DNA from: a virus
Lineage: Duplodnaviria > Caudoviricetes
IMG/VR virus record: IMGVR_UViG_3300002307_000211
Location: 1 to 25,412 of that record
Length of the DNA stretch: 25,412 nucleotides
Reading direction: 5' to 3' (one strand)
The notes under the pieces were generated by a model, which saw nothing but the letters and a program-made list of their open reading frames with translations, had not been told where the DNA came from and did no database searches. The translations under genes and the position numbers were made by a program. Each line of letters begins with the position of its first letter. The stretch's first letter is position 1. Below, in pieces: positions 1 through 9,683 of the stretch.

Positions 1-882
1 AGCACTATAACCCAAACCCGTATTACCATTAGCAATAGTATTTCTAAGTGCTTGATAGCCCAATGCCACATTATTATTATTGGTATTATTAGCAAATAAT
101 GAACCTGATCCAACAGCAGTATTCGAACTACCAGTTGTGTTTGTCTGCATGGTTTGGTAACCGATGCCCACATTATTTGCACCAGATGAGGTAAATACAA
201 GAGAATTATAGCCAAATGCAGAATTGTAATTACCTGTGCAAGATAAAAGTGATTGATAACCAAATGCTGAATTACTAGCTCCAGTCAAATTATTATATAA
301 AGCAATATATCCAAAAGAAGCGTTATAGTTTCCTGTAGTATTTTTATATGATGCTTGATAGCCATACGAAGCGTTATAAGCACCAGTTGTATTTGCATTT
401 AATGCTTGATAACCTGTTGCAGTATTTGTTGCTACTTGTCCATTACCTAAGCCTACTGTAAGCGTATTAATAACTGCATCACCACCTAATCGAACTGCCT
501 TTGCATCTTGCCAAGCCATTGTACCTAGATACTGATTCAGGGGAATTTGGTTTGCGTTTGTGCCTACATCTTTTTGTGCTACTGCACTATATGCTGGGTA
601 GTCACAAAAGACATCTTTAGTACCTGCAGTAAAATTAACAAGAGCATTACTGTTTGAGGAAGCATAAATAACATCTCTACTAAGAACACCTGAAGTTACT
701 GTACCACTACCAACTTCCCAGTTATTACCTGATTGGTCAGCAATGGTATAGTATGTTTGATTATTTAAGCCGATACCAGAAGCAAATGTCTGATAACCAG
801 TTACAGCACCTGCGAGAGTTATAGATCCAGTACCCGTAGTAGTAGTAGTTTCTCTAACACGACTTGCTAGTATAAATGACAT
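1..882 (-). CDS. Tail fibre / receptor-binding protein with beta-roll repeats (partial, runs off left edge)
   Basis: Not in the ORF track; translated by hand from ATG at 882 (SD-like AAAGGT upstream): MSFILASRVRETTTTTGTGSITLAGAVTGYQTF...DVGTNANQIPLNQYLGTMAWQD..., then at least 9 repeats of 16-17 aa (NTATGYQAL, NASYGYQAS, NSAFGYQSL, NTAVGSGSL, NVALGYQAL), YadA-head-like. Open to base 1. Confidence 0.8.
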   Translation of the reverse strand, partial: MSFILASRVRETTTTTGTGSITLAGAVTGYQTFASGIGLNNQTYYTIADQSGNNWEVGSGTVTSGVLSRDVIYASSNSNALVNFTAGTKDVFCDYPAYSAVAQKDVGTNANQIPLNQYLGTMAWQDAKAVRLGGDAVINTLTVGLGNGQVATNTATGYQALNANTTGAYNASYGYQASYKNTTGNYNASFGYIALYNNLTGASNSAFGYQSLLSCTGNYNSAFGYNSLVFTSSGANNVGIGYQTMQTNTTGSSNTAVGSGSLFANNTNNNNVALGYQALRNTIANGNTGLGYSA

Positions 883-890
883 AAATACCT

Positions 891-1265
891 TTAACTAAAT
901 TGAACTTTAATAGTAAATTGAATACTATCACCACTGCTTAAAGTAATACCTGTAAAATCACCTTTTACAAATAAATTACCAGAAGAAGATGTAACGGTAT
1001 CAAACGTACCTGCATTAGTAATTGTAGTAGTTCCACTAGCAGTTAATGTACCTACAACTTGTAAAGTATCATTAGTGGTAGTAGTAGTTTGTTGTGTGGA
1101 TGTACCCGCAACACGAGTACCCGTTTCAGTAAATAATGTAGTATCGGAAATAGAAGCCGTTCCTGCTCCAGTACCCCATGCTATATACTTAGGTTGTGTA
1201 GCAGAACCACCATTAAGATAGTTTGTTACAATTGCTTTACCAGTATTTACTAGTACTGTAGCCAT
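891..1265 (-). CDS. Virion structural protein (Thr/Gly-rich, tail/fibre-associated)
   Basis: YIAWGTG...DTTLFTE...ITNAGTFD...GDSIQFT pattern typical of phage tail-associated beta proteins; position in late operon. Confidence 0.55.
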   Translation of the reverse strand: MATVLVNTGKAIVTNYLNGGSATQPKYIAWGTGAGTASISDTTLFTETGTRVAGTSTQQTTTTTNDTLQVVGTLTASGTTTITNAGTFDTVTSSSGNLFVKGDFTGITLSSGDSIQFTIKVQFS

Positions 1266-1405
1266 TTTTTAATTCTCCATAAAAATCGTTTAAAGGGGTT
1301 TTGACTCCAATATTGGATGGTACCCTGATCTTCAACTGTACCATCAGCACGTATAATCTTAGCAGATATTTGTAATGATTTTACATTACCTTGAGCCATT
1401 TCCAT
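1250..1405 (-). CDS. Small hypothetical protein, 51 aa
   Basis: Hand-translated MEMAQGNVKSLQISAKIIRADGTVEDQGTIQYWSQNPFKRFLWRIKKWLQY. ATG overlaps the upstream stop (TAATG) and the ORF fills the gap between neighbours. Confidence 0.7.
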   Translation of the reverse strand: MEMAQGNVKSLQISAKIIRADGTVEDQGTIQYWSQNPFKRFLWRIKKWLQY

Positions 1406-1794
1406 TATTGAGTTCCTTGTTTAACCATCTCTAATACTACAGAAAATATTAATGTTCCAGTTGTATAACCTGTTGTTAAAATATTAATCTTACCGCTAGG
1501 GTTTGTAGCATTATCTGTTAGACCTCCAAAGTTATGGAAACTCATTTTACCTCGACCTGCTATAGGTAAGATATCTAATGGAGTTGCTGCATCCCATTGT
1601 AACCTAACCTCTAACGGATCTGAAATAGAATAATCTAAATGATCAATACGAAACCCTGTTGGTACTCCTGAGAAATTAGCTGGGTCAATAATAGTAGTAC
1701 TAGCTACGTTACTTGTATCTAGTACTCCCGTAATCTTGACTACAGCATTTCTTTTACCATCAATTAACACTTGTGTGTTGACTACGTTGGCCAT
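1405..1794 (-). CDS. Hypothetical virion protein
   Basis: 129 aa, GGAG SD upstream, in structural operon. Confidence 0.6.
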   Translation of the reverse strand: MANVVNTQVLIDGKRNAVVKITGVLDTSNVASTTIIDPANFSGVPTGFRIDHLDYSISDPLEVRLQWDAATPLDILPIAGRGKMSFHNFGGLTDNATNPSGKINILTTGYTTGTLIFSVVLEMVKQGTQ

Positions 1795-1805
1795 TTAAAT
1801 CTCCA

Positions 1806-2516
1806 TTACCTAGTAACTTCTTGAGCTGTACCTACAAAATCAACAGTCATTGTTTCTGTTGCAACTGGAGTAATCTGAAAGACTTGTCCAATAACAGCAT
1901 TAGTTAATGTAGTAGAAGAAGATCCTATTGTAGGAGATGTAACTCTAGCTACTAAAGTACTATTAGCATATACTAATAAATCAGTACCATCATAATAAAA
2001 ACCTACTTCAACATAAGTATCAGCAACAGCTGTTGCTACGTTTGCTACTAAAGTAGTGGATGTAGAGTTTACTGTAGATACTAAACTGATTGCTGTTGTA
2101 GACGCTGCTTTAGTAAACCAAATACCATCTGTTGCAGATGAGCCATTTCGTAAACCTACATAATAGGCAATGCTTCCAGATACTGCAGAAACTTTAAATC
2201 TAGCTGAATACCAAAAACGATTACCTGAAATAAATTGAAAAGAAGGAGCTGCTTTATAAGAAGCAGAAGCTGTAGTAGTGCCTCCTGGAGTTAGTACGGC
2301 AATACCGCCTACGCCAGAAGCTAATGCAAATGTAGAACTTGCACCTGAAACAGTAAAGTCTGTTCCAATTAATGTATTAAAGTCATTCATGTAGCTTGTG
2401 CTACCTAATGCTTGTGTACTTCCTGTATGGAAGGGATCAGGATATGGATAGCTATAAAATACTTCATTTTGATAGGCTGTTGATAGTCCTGCTTGTAATC
2501 TTGTGGGATTTCCCAT
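1806..2516 (-). CDS. Putative virion structural protein (beta-rich, Ser/Thr/Gly-rich)
   Basis: 236 aa, AAGGA SD, directly downstream of the major capsid gene. Confidence 0.55.
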   Translation of the reverse strand: MGNPTRLQAGLSTAYQNEVFYSYPYPDPFHTGSTQALGSTSYMNDFNTLIGTDFTVSGASSTFALASGVGGIAVLTPGGTTTASASYKAAPSFQFISGNRFWYSARFKVSAVSGSIAYYVGLRNGSSATDGIWFTKAASTTAISLVSTVNSTSTTLVANVATAVADTYVEVGFYYDGTDLLVYANSTLVARVTSPTIGSSSTTLTNAVIGQVFQITPVATETMTVDFVGTAQEVTR

Positions 2517-2569
2517 TGTATTTCCTTAACGTGAATTAGTCACGCCCATAGGGCGTTAAGGTGTTGTTA

Positions 2570-2607
2570 AAATAGATATAGAGGAGTTCCACAATGGATC
2601 CCCTCTA
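2570..2607 (-). terminator. Stem-loop after major capsid gene (probable weak intrinsic terminator)
   Basis: Minus strand TAGAGGGGATCC-attgt-GGAACTCCTCTA (one G.U, one mismatch) then TATCTATTTT. Second hairpin ACGCCC-ata-GGGCGT at 2542-2556. Confidence 0.55.
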
Positions 2608-2626
2608 CATTAAGTCTTAATTAATA

Positions 2627-3553
2627 TTAAGGACCGTTTGAACCATAGATTGCACGTGGGTCTGTCCAGCCAAAGCTGTAACGCTCATAGCCTTTAGCCT
2701 TAGCATTCATTGTATCAAAATCATTATCTTGATCAAACATAATGCCTACACGTTCGTAGTATTTTAAACCATCACGTACGTTAGTTCTAATGAACCAAGC
2801 ATGTGGTGCTGTAAAATAGTGGTTAACAATTGCACCACCTGGGAATACATTGTTTGCCTTGAGAATGTTCAAGTCATTATTTGCATTACCTGGTTGTGAT
2901 ACAGTTTTTAGAATACGTCCAGCATTATAGATTTCTTGACGTGCAATATGTAATGATTTAGGCATTACATTAATTAACAAACCACGGTCATCTTGAAATC
3001 CCATAAGAGCAATAGTTGCATCTTCTAAAGCTGCTTCAGACAAATCTGCATCAACTGTTAGTTTGTTTGAGAATGTTCCACCAGATGTATTTGGGTGAGC
3101 TGTAGAGCATAAAGCTTGTCCATCTCCACCAGCGTACTGTAGGTTGGTACCAGTAGTAAACGCACGGTTATAAATATTAGCTCCAACGTTTTCTTTCGTT
3201 TGACGGAAAGACATCGCTAAAGCACCAGAACGCTTCTTAGAGACTTGCTCATAGAGGTTGTCGTCTAGTTCTTCTTTAGTTACAATATAACCCAATGCAT
3301 AAGCAATGTGTGTGTAACGAGTTGTAAAACCCTGAATCTCAGAGTCGTATTGAACTCCCATGCCTTCAGATTTTTGTGGTACAAGTCCGAAGCCAGTTAA
3401 CTGGACATCTTCTTCGTAGTTTTGATGTGATGTATCTTTATCAAAAAGAGTTACGTACTCTTCTGGATGTTCATCGTATGCTTGACCCCACCAAGCTTTA
3501 ATGCCTGGCCATAGTGCTTTTGGATGGGTACCTGTGGTAATTACGCCTGCCAT
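2627..3553 (-). CDS. Major capsid protein
   Basis: 308 aa; KALWPGIKAWWG, YALGYIVTKE, DADLSEAALEDA, C-terminal KGYERYSFGWTDPRAIYGS typical of HK97-fold capsids; downstream of portal/scaffold and followed by a hairpin. Confidence 0.85.
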   Translation of the reverse strand: MAGVITTGTHPKALWPGIKAWWGQAYDEHPEEYVTLFDKDTSHQNYEEDVQLTGFGLVPQKSEGMGVQYDSEIQGFTTRYTHIAYALGYIVTKEELDDNLYEQVSKKRSGALAMSFRQTKENVGANIYNRAFTTGTNLQYAGGDGQALCSTAHPNTSGGTFSNKLTVDADLSEAALEDATIALMGFQDDRGLLINVMPKSLHIARQEIYNAGRILKTVSQPGNANNDLNILKANNVFPGGAIVNHYFTAPHAWFIRTNVRDGLKYYERVGIMFDQDNDFDTMNAKAKGYERYSFGWTDPRAIYGSNGP

Positions 3554-3572
3554 ATTATTATTCCTTTAGTTA

Positions 3573-4199
3573 TTAAGCTGTGCCTTGAGCTTGTTTATAT
3601 TGATGTCTATTAAAGATTACTTGTATGTTTGAATAAGCACCCGGTGCATTATCAGGACGTAATGAGATACCTGTAATAGTTAAAGGTAATGCTAAAGAGC
3701 CAGAAGTACCTTGAGCCTTTAATGTTGAAGCTGCTAGTACAGTACTAGATAGTGGGCTTGATTGTGTTAGCGTAGATGTTTGATCTGCAGTAATAGTCAT
3801 ACCAACGTTTTTATTAACGTCAGCAGCACTAATACCTGTAGCATCAGATTCAACTTCAAAAATAACATTAGGATCTGTAACTACATATACATAGCGTAAA
3901 CCTGAGCTTAAGCTAATATATAATTTAGTTAGATCTAAAGTTGTTCCTTGAAGGGAAACACCATAGTCAGCTACACGAGTAGCTACAATAACTCCTACTG
4001 GAATATCAGTAGAAGCTGCTTTTGTTACATATGCAATACCATTCGTATCTGCTCCAGTACCTAACTTAACAACATCGCCAATAGCGTAGGTGTTAGAAGA
4101 GTCTGATGCGATAGCGAATAATTGTCCTTGTTGGTTCCAAGCTGCACCTGTAATAGTACCTACAGGGCTTAGACCACGTGGGGCATTAAAATTTGCCAT
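3573..4199 (-). CDS. Putative capsid decoration / minor head protein
   Basis: MANFNAPRGLSPVG...IGDVVKL...VGVIV...VTDPNVIFEVE, immediately upstream of the capsid gene. Confidence 0.55.
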   Translation of the reverse strand: MANFNAPRGLSPVGTITGAAWNQQGQLFAIASDSSNTYAIGDVVKLGTGADTNGIAYVTKAASTDIPVGVIVATRVADYGVSLQGTTLDLTKLYISLSSGLRYVYVVTDPNVIFEVESDATGISAADVNKNVGMTITADQTSTLTQSSPLSSTVLAASTLKAQGTSGSLALPLTITGISLRPDNAPGAYSNIQVIFNRHQYKQAQGTA

Positions 4200-4210
4200 T
4201 TAAAGTCCTT

Positions 4211-4726
4211 TTAAAATTTGTTACTCATTGTGGATTTAATTCCAGCATCATAGAAACCAGTAGTGTCAACTTTGTCGCCACCTTTACCACGTTTGATAGA
4301 TGCATCTGTTTTATTGTTTCGTGCTTGTAGTTCGGCTTGATCTTCTTCCCACCACTCCTGTCGAATCTTTAATAAGATCTGTTGTTGTGGATGTCCTAGT
4401 TCAGATTTCATACCTAGTACACTAACTCTATTTGCTAGATCTACATTATTATTAGTAACGTTACTAGCTTGATATCCTACCTCATCTGGAGCTACAAATT
4501 CCCAACCAGCCTCTAATGCGGCAGCAATACGACCTGGTTCATCATTAAAAAAGTACAAGTGATACCCTTGAATTAAGTTTCCTACTTGCAGTTTACCTCT
4601 AGTCCCGTTAAACGCCCCCTTTTTACGGCGTACTGGTTTCTCAATAAGATTAGTGGTAACTAAATCGTTTGTTGATTTTACTTCTTCTTCTTTTGTTTTA
4701 GGCTCTTTGTTATTGCTTGTTGTCAT
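4211..4726 (-). CDS. Hypothetical head-module protein
   Basis: 171 aa, GGAG SD; GYHLYFFND-x2-GRI-x6-GWEFV core; between scaffold and head genes. Confidence 0.6.
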   Translation of the reverse strand: MTTSNNKEPKTKEEEVKSTNDLVTTNLIEKPVRRKKGAFNGTRGKLQVGNLIQGYHLYFFNDEPGRIAAALEAGWEFVAPDEVGYQASNVTNNNVDLANRVSVLGMKSELGHPQQQILLKIRQEWWEEDQAELQARNNKTDASIKRGKGGDKVDTTGFYDAGIKSTMSNKF

Positions 4727-4741
4727 ATCTATCTCCAGTAA

Positions 4742-5587
4742 TCACTCAGACCAATCATACGATTGGATATATTCATCTTTAGTCATTAGACCTTGTTTTA
4801 CAAATCTATCACAAGCTGCTTTAGCATCACTTGGTAGACTCTCATAAGTTCGTTTACCTCTAGGTTGTCTTCCAGAAGCAGAAGTATTTAAAGCTTCTCC
4901 ATCCATAGGATTCTTAGGTTTTTGTTTTCCAAACTTAGCAGGTAATACGTCACTTAACTCTTCATCTAACTTTTGTAAAAAAGCCTGACCTTGTAGTCCA
5001 GGATTTTCTAATCTAATAGCTTCTGCTAATCCATTTGCAATACCAGTTGTACGTTTATCAATACCAAACCAATCATTCTTGTCTAACCAATTTTGTAAAT
5101 TGACATCAACTACTTGATCTTGTTTAGCTGGTTCTATGGGTTTAACAACAGCTGCTTCTTTAGCTTTTTGAATATCAGCTTTAAGGACATCTGTCATATC
5201 GTCTAATTCAACTACCCGATCACCATCACCAGAATTAATAGCTTCTTTCTTTGCTTGTTTAACCAAAGATAGTTTCTCTTCTAATTCTTGTGCTTTTCTT
5301 TCGTACTGTTCCTGTTGGAACTTTTGAAATTCTTTTGCTACCGCTTTAGCTTCTTGAGCATCTCGTTTAGCTTCGTTTAATTCTTTAAGAAGCTTTTCAT
5401 TGTTCTTGCGAACAATAGGCAAGATCTCTCTACCACGTCTAACAAAAGTTTCTGCATCAACCCAGTCACGTTCATCACTACGAAACTCTTCTTTAGCTAC
5501 CCACCCTTGGGCTCTTGCTTCAGATTCGTAATTTGTTGTATCTGTGGGTTGTCCATTCTCTGTTTGTTGCAAATTGTCATCGCTCAT
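4742..5587 (-). CDS. Putative capsid scaffolding protein
   Basis: 281 aa, charged, long coiled-coil-like stretch; lies between portal and capsid. Confidence 0.6.
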   Translation of the reverse strand: MSDDNLQQTENGQPTDTTNYESEARAQGWVAKEEFRSDERDWVDAETFVRRGREILPIVRKNNEKLLKELNEAKRDAQEAKAVAKEFQKFQQEQYERKAQELEEKLSLVKQAKKEAINSGDGDRVVELDDMTDVLKADIQKAKEAAVVKPIEPAKQDQVVDVNLQNWLDKNDWFGIDKRTTGIANGLAEAIRLENPGLQGQAFLQKLDEELSDVLPAKFGKQKPKNPMDGEALNTSASGRQPRGKRTYESLPSDAKAACDRFVKQGLMTKDEYIQSYDWSE

Positions 5588-5943
5588 TATTTAATTCCTT
5601 TAGCTAAGTGTGGATCTACTATGTCCATGTCAGGATCTAGGATACCTGTAATGTCATCATGATTAACCATTCTATATTTAATATTATCTCTACCTACATA
5701 CATTAATCCAGCGTATTTGGCAATAATAACTTTATCACCAACTTTAATTGGACACTCTTTGTATTCATCTATAAAAGCAGTAGGACCGATTGCCATGACT
5801 TCACCAGTAGTGTTGCCTAGTTGCTCTCGTTCATTCATCTCGTCTGATGATACTATAATACCGCTAGTTGTTTTATTAATGACTACTAATGGTTTTAATA
5901 AGACCCTATTAAGAATTGGGTTAATACCTGTTACATTGCTCAT
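5587..5943 (-). CDS. groES: Co-chaperonin GroES/Cpn10-like protein
   Basis: INPILNRVLLKP, mobile-loop TTSGIIV, GEVMAIGP, IKVGDKVIIAKYAG, DDITGIL match Cpn10 signatures. Confidence 0.85.
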   Translation of the reverse strand: MSNVTGINPILNRVLLKPLVVINKTTSGIIVSSDEMNEREQLGNTTGEVMAIGPTAFIDEYKECPIKVGDKVIIAKYAGLMYVGRDNIKYRMVNHDDITGILDPDMDIVDPHLAKGIK

Positions 5944-6158
5944 TACTTATTTCCTGTTAACGATTGTGTTATATCTTCATATGACATTTCTATAATAGAT
6001 CTAATAGCAACAGCCCGACCACGTAAGTTAGCATCGTCGTCTGTTCCAGCTAAGATCATTTCTTTTAAGTATTCCCTGTCGTTAAACAGGGCTTTCATAA
6101 AAGCTAAAGTAATTGGATGTTGTCTCCAATCTTTAAATTCTTCCTCAGTTACTATCAT
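5943..6158 (-). CDS. Small hypothetical protein downstream of portal
   Basis: 71 aa (EEFKDWRQHPIT...), abuts portal stop, TAATG-coupled to groES. Confidence 0.65.
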   Translation of the reverse strand: MIVTEEEFKDWRQHPITLAFMKALFNDREYLKEMILAGTDDDANLRGRAVAIRSIIEMSYEDITQSLTGNK

Positions 6159-8165
6159 TTATTCCTTTTCCTCTGATTTCTTATCAGCTTCTGTCAGCAA
6201 CATTAGTGCCTCTATAGACTGCATAATACCGTCGTTTTTAGCTTTGTGTAAAGCTATTGCAGCATTCAATTCTGCTATAGCGTGGCCTTTAGCTACGCCA
6301 CCCGCTTCTTCTAATGCTCTAATTGCTTCTGCTTCCATCTTAGCTATTTTAGCTTGGTTCAACTCATGTTCGTTCATTAACTTTAATGTAGCGACCTTAG
6401 TAGTCATCTCCAAGTCCATCTGTTTACCTTGTAACTTCATTTGTTCTATTTGAACTTTAGGATCCGGTCTAGGAGGAATTGCATTAGGTCCTTTAGGATC
6501 TGGTAATATTTGCTCAATGTTTGTTACTTTAATTGCTTCTAAATATCTTTTTTTAACATTGTACATATTCATATCAGGTCCAGCAATAGCTAGGATAGCT
6601 TGAGCTTGTTGGACTCTTTGTGAATCTGATACTATGTTTGGATCTGCTGCTGGTTTAATGTCTGAAGCAGGTCCATTATAATCATCTGCAAAGATATTAA
6701 AATCGCCTAGATCAGATTGAAACGCATCATCATCCATATACAACTGATTAAGTCTATATAGCTTTTTAAACTCTTGTGCTAAACTTCTGTATGTTCGTTT
6801 AAAGATTCCAGAGAAGATTTTCTGTCCTTGCTCTGCCATAGTACGTGTAGTTTCAGCTGCTGTATTTTGTCCTGGGTTTTCACCTACAAGAATATCAACA
6901 GAGCCACCAATACGTTCACCGTAGTTAATAAGCATACCCATAAGAGTAAACATAACCTGACTAGGTTCACGAACAGGCAAGGGTACAATACCTTTACGAA
7001 GATCATCACCAGTTGAGTCTACGTGTTTCCATTCTAATGGAGCAAAGTTTGTATTGCCTCCACGGATTTTAATACCTCTACTTAAAAATCCACCTGCTGT
7101 AATAGACATAGTTCCAGCATCAATAAGCTGGTTAATAATTGTATCAATACTTTGATTTAAAGGTCCTAGTAATACGCCAAACCCTAAATCATAAAAGCCA
7201 CCATCAGGTGACGGAATAAACGGAAACTTAGTAAAGTAGTTTTCTGGAGTAATACAAAGAACTTTACCTTTGTTATTATATTCTATTGACGATTCAAAAT
7301 ATCTAGACACAATACGCAAAACTTGTTTGTTAGATCTGTTAATCCAAACAATATAAGGTTCAGCATATCCGTCTTGATCAAAGTCAATATAACAATGCTG
7401 TTCTAGGATTTCAAAAGGTGTACTAGTATCTACTGCCATTGGAGCATCGATACCTTGTGCTTTGTTTCTAGTTAACGTTAATGTTGATTGTACAATTGCT
7501 TTTGGTGTCTCGTCTTTTAACTTTAAAAACAATCCACGAACAGTGCGTTCATATAATTGATTACTGTCCATGTATTGTACATGCGTAACTCTTGGTGCCT
7601 TGTCTAGACTTTTGGTCCAGTAATTCACAACAAGGTCCTGTGCCAAAATGTACTCTGACTCAGGTCTACGCATGATTGGGTGATAATAACTTTTCTTAAA
7701 TGCACAACCAATAATAGGTTGTGTAATAAGCACTCGATCCATTTCTTCTTCCCAGTCTTGGTCTTGTTCTAAGATCTGATAAGACATATGGGCTGATACT
7801 CGATCTGCTCTTCTTTGTTTTTCGCCATCTGGATCTAATCCTATTACTCGGCATTTAACAGGTTGATCTCCACTAACTAACACAGGATAGCTTCTAGCAT
7901 GATACTGTAAAGCTGCAATAGTAATAAGTGGAAACTTTACATTTGATGCATTAGGCCATGGAAAAGATTTTTGTTCTACTACTTGTAATGCAAGTTTCAT
8001 AGACTCTTCTGTTTTCTTTTCCCAAGTAGATCTACTTAAAAGATCTAACTCAAAGCCATGAACACAGTCATGTCCTATTTTATTTAAGTCAGCTTCGTCT
8101 AACAGTTCTGCTATGTTTGGACAAGCAACAAGGTCTGTTAGGTTTAATTTAGTTAATTCTGTCAT
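6159..8165 (-). CDS. Portal protein
   Basis: 668 aa right after terL; FPWPNASNV, GCAFKK, DFDQDGYAEPYIV, DGGFYDLGFG, NQLIDAGT, helical C-terminus as in large podovirus portals. Confidence 0.85.
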   Translation of the reverse strand: MTELTKLNLTDLVACPNIAELLDEADLNKIGHDCVHGFELDLLSRSTWEKKTEESMKLALQVVEQKSFPWPNASNVKFPLITIAALQYHARSYPVLVSGDQPVKCRVIGLDPDGEKQRRADRVSAHMSYQILEQDQDWEEEMDRVLITQPIIGCAFKKSYYHPIMRRPESEYILAQDLVVNYWTKSLDKAPRVTHVQYMDSNQLYERTVRGLFLKLKDETPKAIVQSTLTLTRNKAQGIDAPMAVDTSTPFEILEQHCYIDFDQDGYAEPYIVWINRSNKQVLRIVSRYFESSIEYNNKGKVLCITPENYFTKFPFIPSPDGGFYDLGFGVLLGPLNQSIDTIINQLIDAGTMSITAGGFLSRGIKIRGGNTNFAPLEWKHVDSTGDDLRKGIVPLPVREPSQVMFTLMGMLINYGERIGGSVDILVGENPGQNTAAETTRTMAEQGQKIFSGIFKRTYRSLAQEFKKLYRLNQLYMDDDAFQSDLGDFNIFADDYNGPASDIKPAADPNIVSDSQRVQQAQAILAIAGPDMNMYNVKKRYLEAIKVTNIEQILPDPKGPNAIPPRPDPKVQIEQMKLQGKQMDLEMTTKVATLKLMNEHELNQAKIAKMEAEAIRALEEAGGVAKGHAIAELNAAIALHKAKNDGIMQSIEALMLLTEADKKSEEKE

Positions 8166-9683
8166 TTAGTATCCAGTAACTGCGGATCGACCTCGTTGGT
8201 CGTATCCATGTTCGTGTAAAGCTTCTTGATACTCGTCCTCATTCTGTTCTTCTTGAGTGGGAGCTTCAATAAGTTTATCAAGCATCATACCTAGATAAGC
8301 TAGGCAATCTACTTGGTCATCATGTCTGTCTCTAGGAAAACGCACACACTCATCTTCAAGTGTCTGGTACCAATCTGCTTCTTTATCAAACTTAACACCC
8401 TTGGCACGCATCCTAGCTTGAATGCTTCTGCCTCTTGCAATCTTATCTTTACCCCCATGTTTAAGTGGTATAAGATTAATAAAGGTATTAGTCTTAAACA
8501 TCTCTTCCCGTAAGAACGGTCCTATAGATTTAGATACTTGCATATCTTCTACACCAAAAGCTTCTGGAGAATGTATCCTTTGTAAAGCTAGTATAGTGTC
8601 TACAATCTCTTGTCCATCTAAACGTTCACGTATAACTTGTACTACATGTATACGCTTGTTCTCATCTACACCAGCAACCAAAAACACACTGTAATCAGCT
8701 TGATTGTTTTGAGCAATAGCTAAGTCAGCTGTAATGTAATAGTTTAACTTTAACCGTTTGTCTTCTTCCGTAATAGGAACAAAGTCTACTTTTTTAAAGT
8801 ACGCTGAGGCTTCGTCAAGAGGTATGTTAAGTATCTCTTGAGAATATACATCTGGCATACCAAGACGAATACACTCATTTCTGTAATCCATAAACCATTG
8901 TGCTGTCTTTTTTTCTGGCCATAATATCTTTGAAAAGTCATGATTGTGTCCTCTGTATTTAACAGACTTCCACATACCACGACCAAGGTTATACATCTTA
9001 AGATCTTCTACTATAGTCTTTCTATCCCCTTCACGAGGCATTAGAGACTCTAGGAGGCTGTCCATATGTAAGATGGTACCTACCATCCTAACAATTCCGT
9101 TATCGCTTAAGCAGGGCAATAGAGCCCCAAAGAACCACCTTCTAAACTTTTTCCTACGATCAGAGTTCATAACGGCTTCATCGTTTTCCATGTCATCACA
9201 AATAACAATGTCAGGACGACTACCATTCCAGATAAGACCACGCATTTTTTGTTCACCACCTTTGGCAATAATACGAAACTTATCTCCGTTTTCAAACTCT
9301 ACAATTATATCTGTTTCTGTTTCTTTAACAAACTTAACAACACCTTTCTCATCACGTTTAATTCCAAACATGTTGATAAGGTCTTCATTTTCTGTTAACT
9401 GCTGTTTAATTGCTCCAAGGAATAAAGATGACTGAGATTCAGTGTCAGACACCAATAACATAAACTTTCTTTCTCGGAACAAGAGGGTAGCTAATCCATA
9501 TCCCATCGTGACCGCTGTTGATTTTGCGTGCCCCCGTGGTGCAGATATAGCTACATACTTGTCTGGTCCACAACACAAATCCCACCATTCTAAATGGCAT
9601 ACAGGTGTTGCTACAGCATCCCCAAGGTTAGAGGAGAGCACAGAGCCCATCAACCCATAAACAATTTCCTTGGTTACTTTCAT
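8166..9683 (-). CDS. terL: Terminase large subunit
   Basis: Walker A SAPRGHAKST, Walker B DIVICDDMEN, motif III VGTILH, nuclease acidic motifs YITADLA and HDDQVDCLAY. Confidence 0.93.
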   Translation of the reverse strand: MKVTKEIVYGLMGSVLSSNLGDAVATPVCHLEWWDLCCGPDKYVAISAPRGHAKSTAVTMGYGLATLLFRERKFMLLVSDTESQSSLFLGAIKQQLTENEDLINMFGIKRDEKGVVKFVKETETDIIVEFENGDKFRIIAKGGEQKMRGLIWNGSRPDIVICDDMENDEAVMNSDRRKKFRRWFFGALLPCLSDNGIVRMVGTILHMDSLLESLMPREGDRKTIVEDLKMYNLGRGMWKSVKYRGHNHDFSKILWPEKKTAQWFMDYRNECIRLGMPDVYSQEILNIPLDEASAYFKKVDFVPITEEDKRLKLNYYITADLAIAQNNQADYSVFLVAGVDENKRIHVVQVIRERLDGQEIVDTILALQRIHSPEAFGVEDMQVSKSIGPFLREEMFKTNTFINLIPLKHGGKDKIARGRSIQARMRAKGVKFDKEADWYQTLEDECVRFPRDRHDDQVDCLAYLGMMLDKLIEAPTQEEQNEDEYQEALHEHGYDQRGRSAVTGY

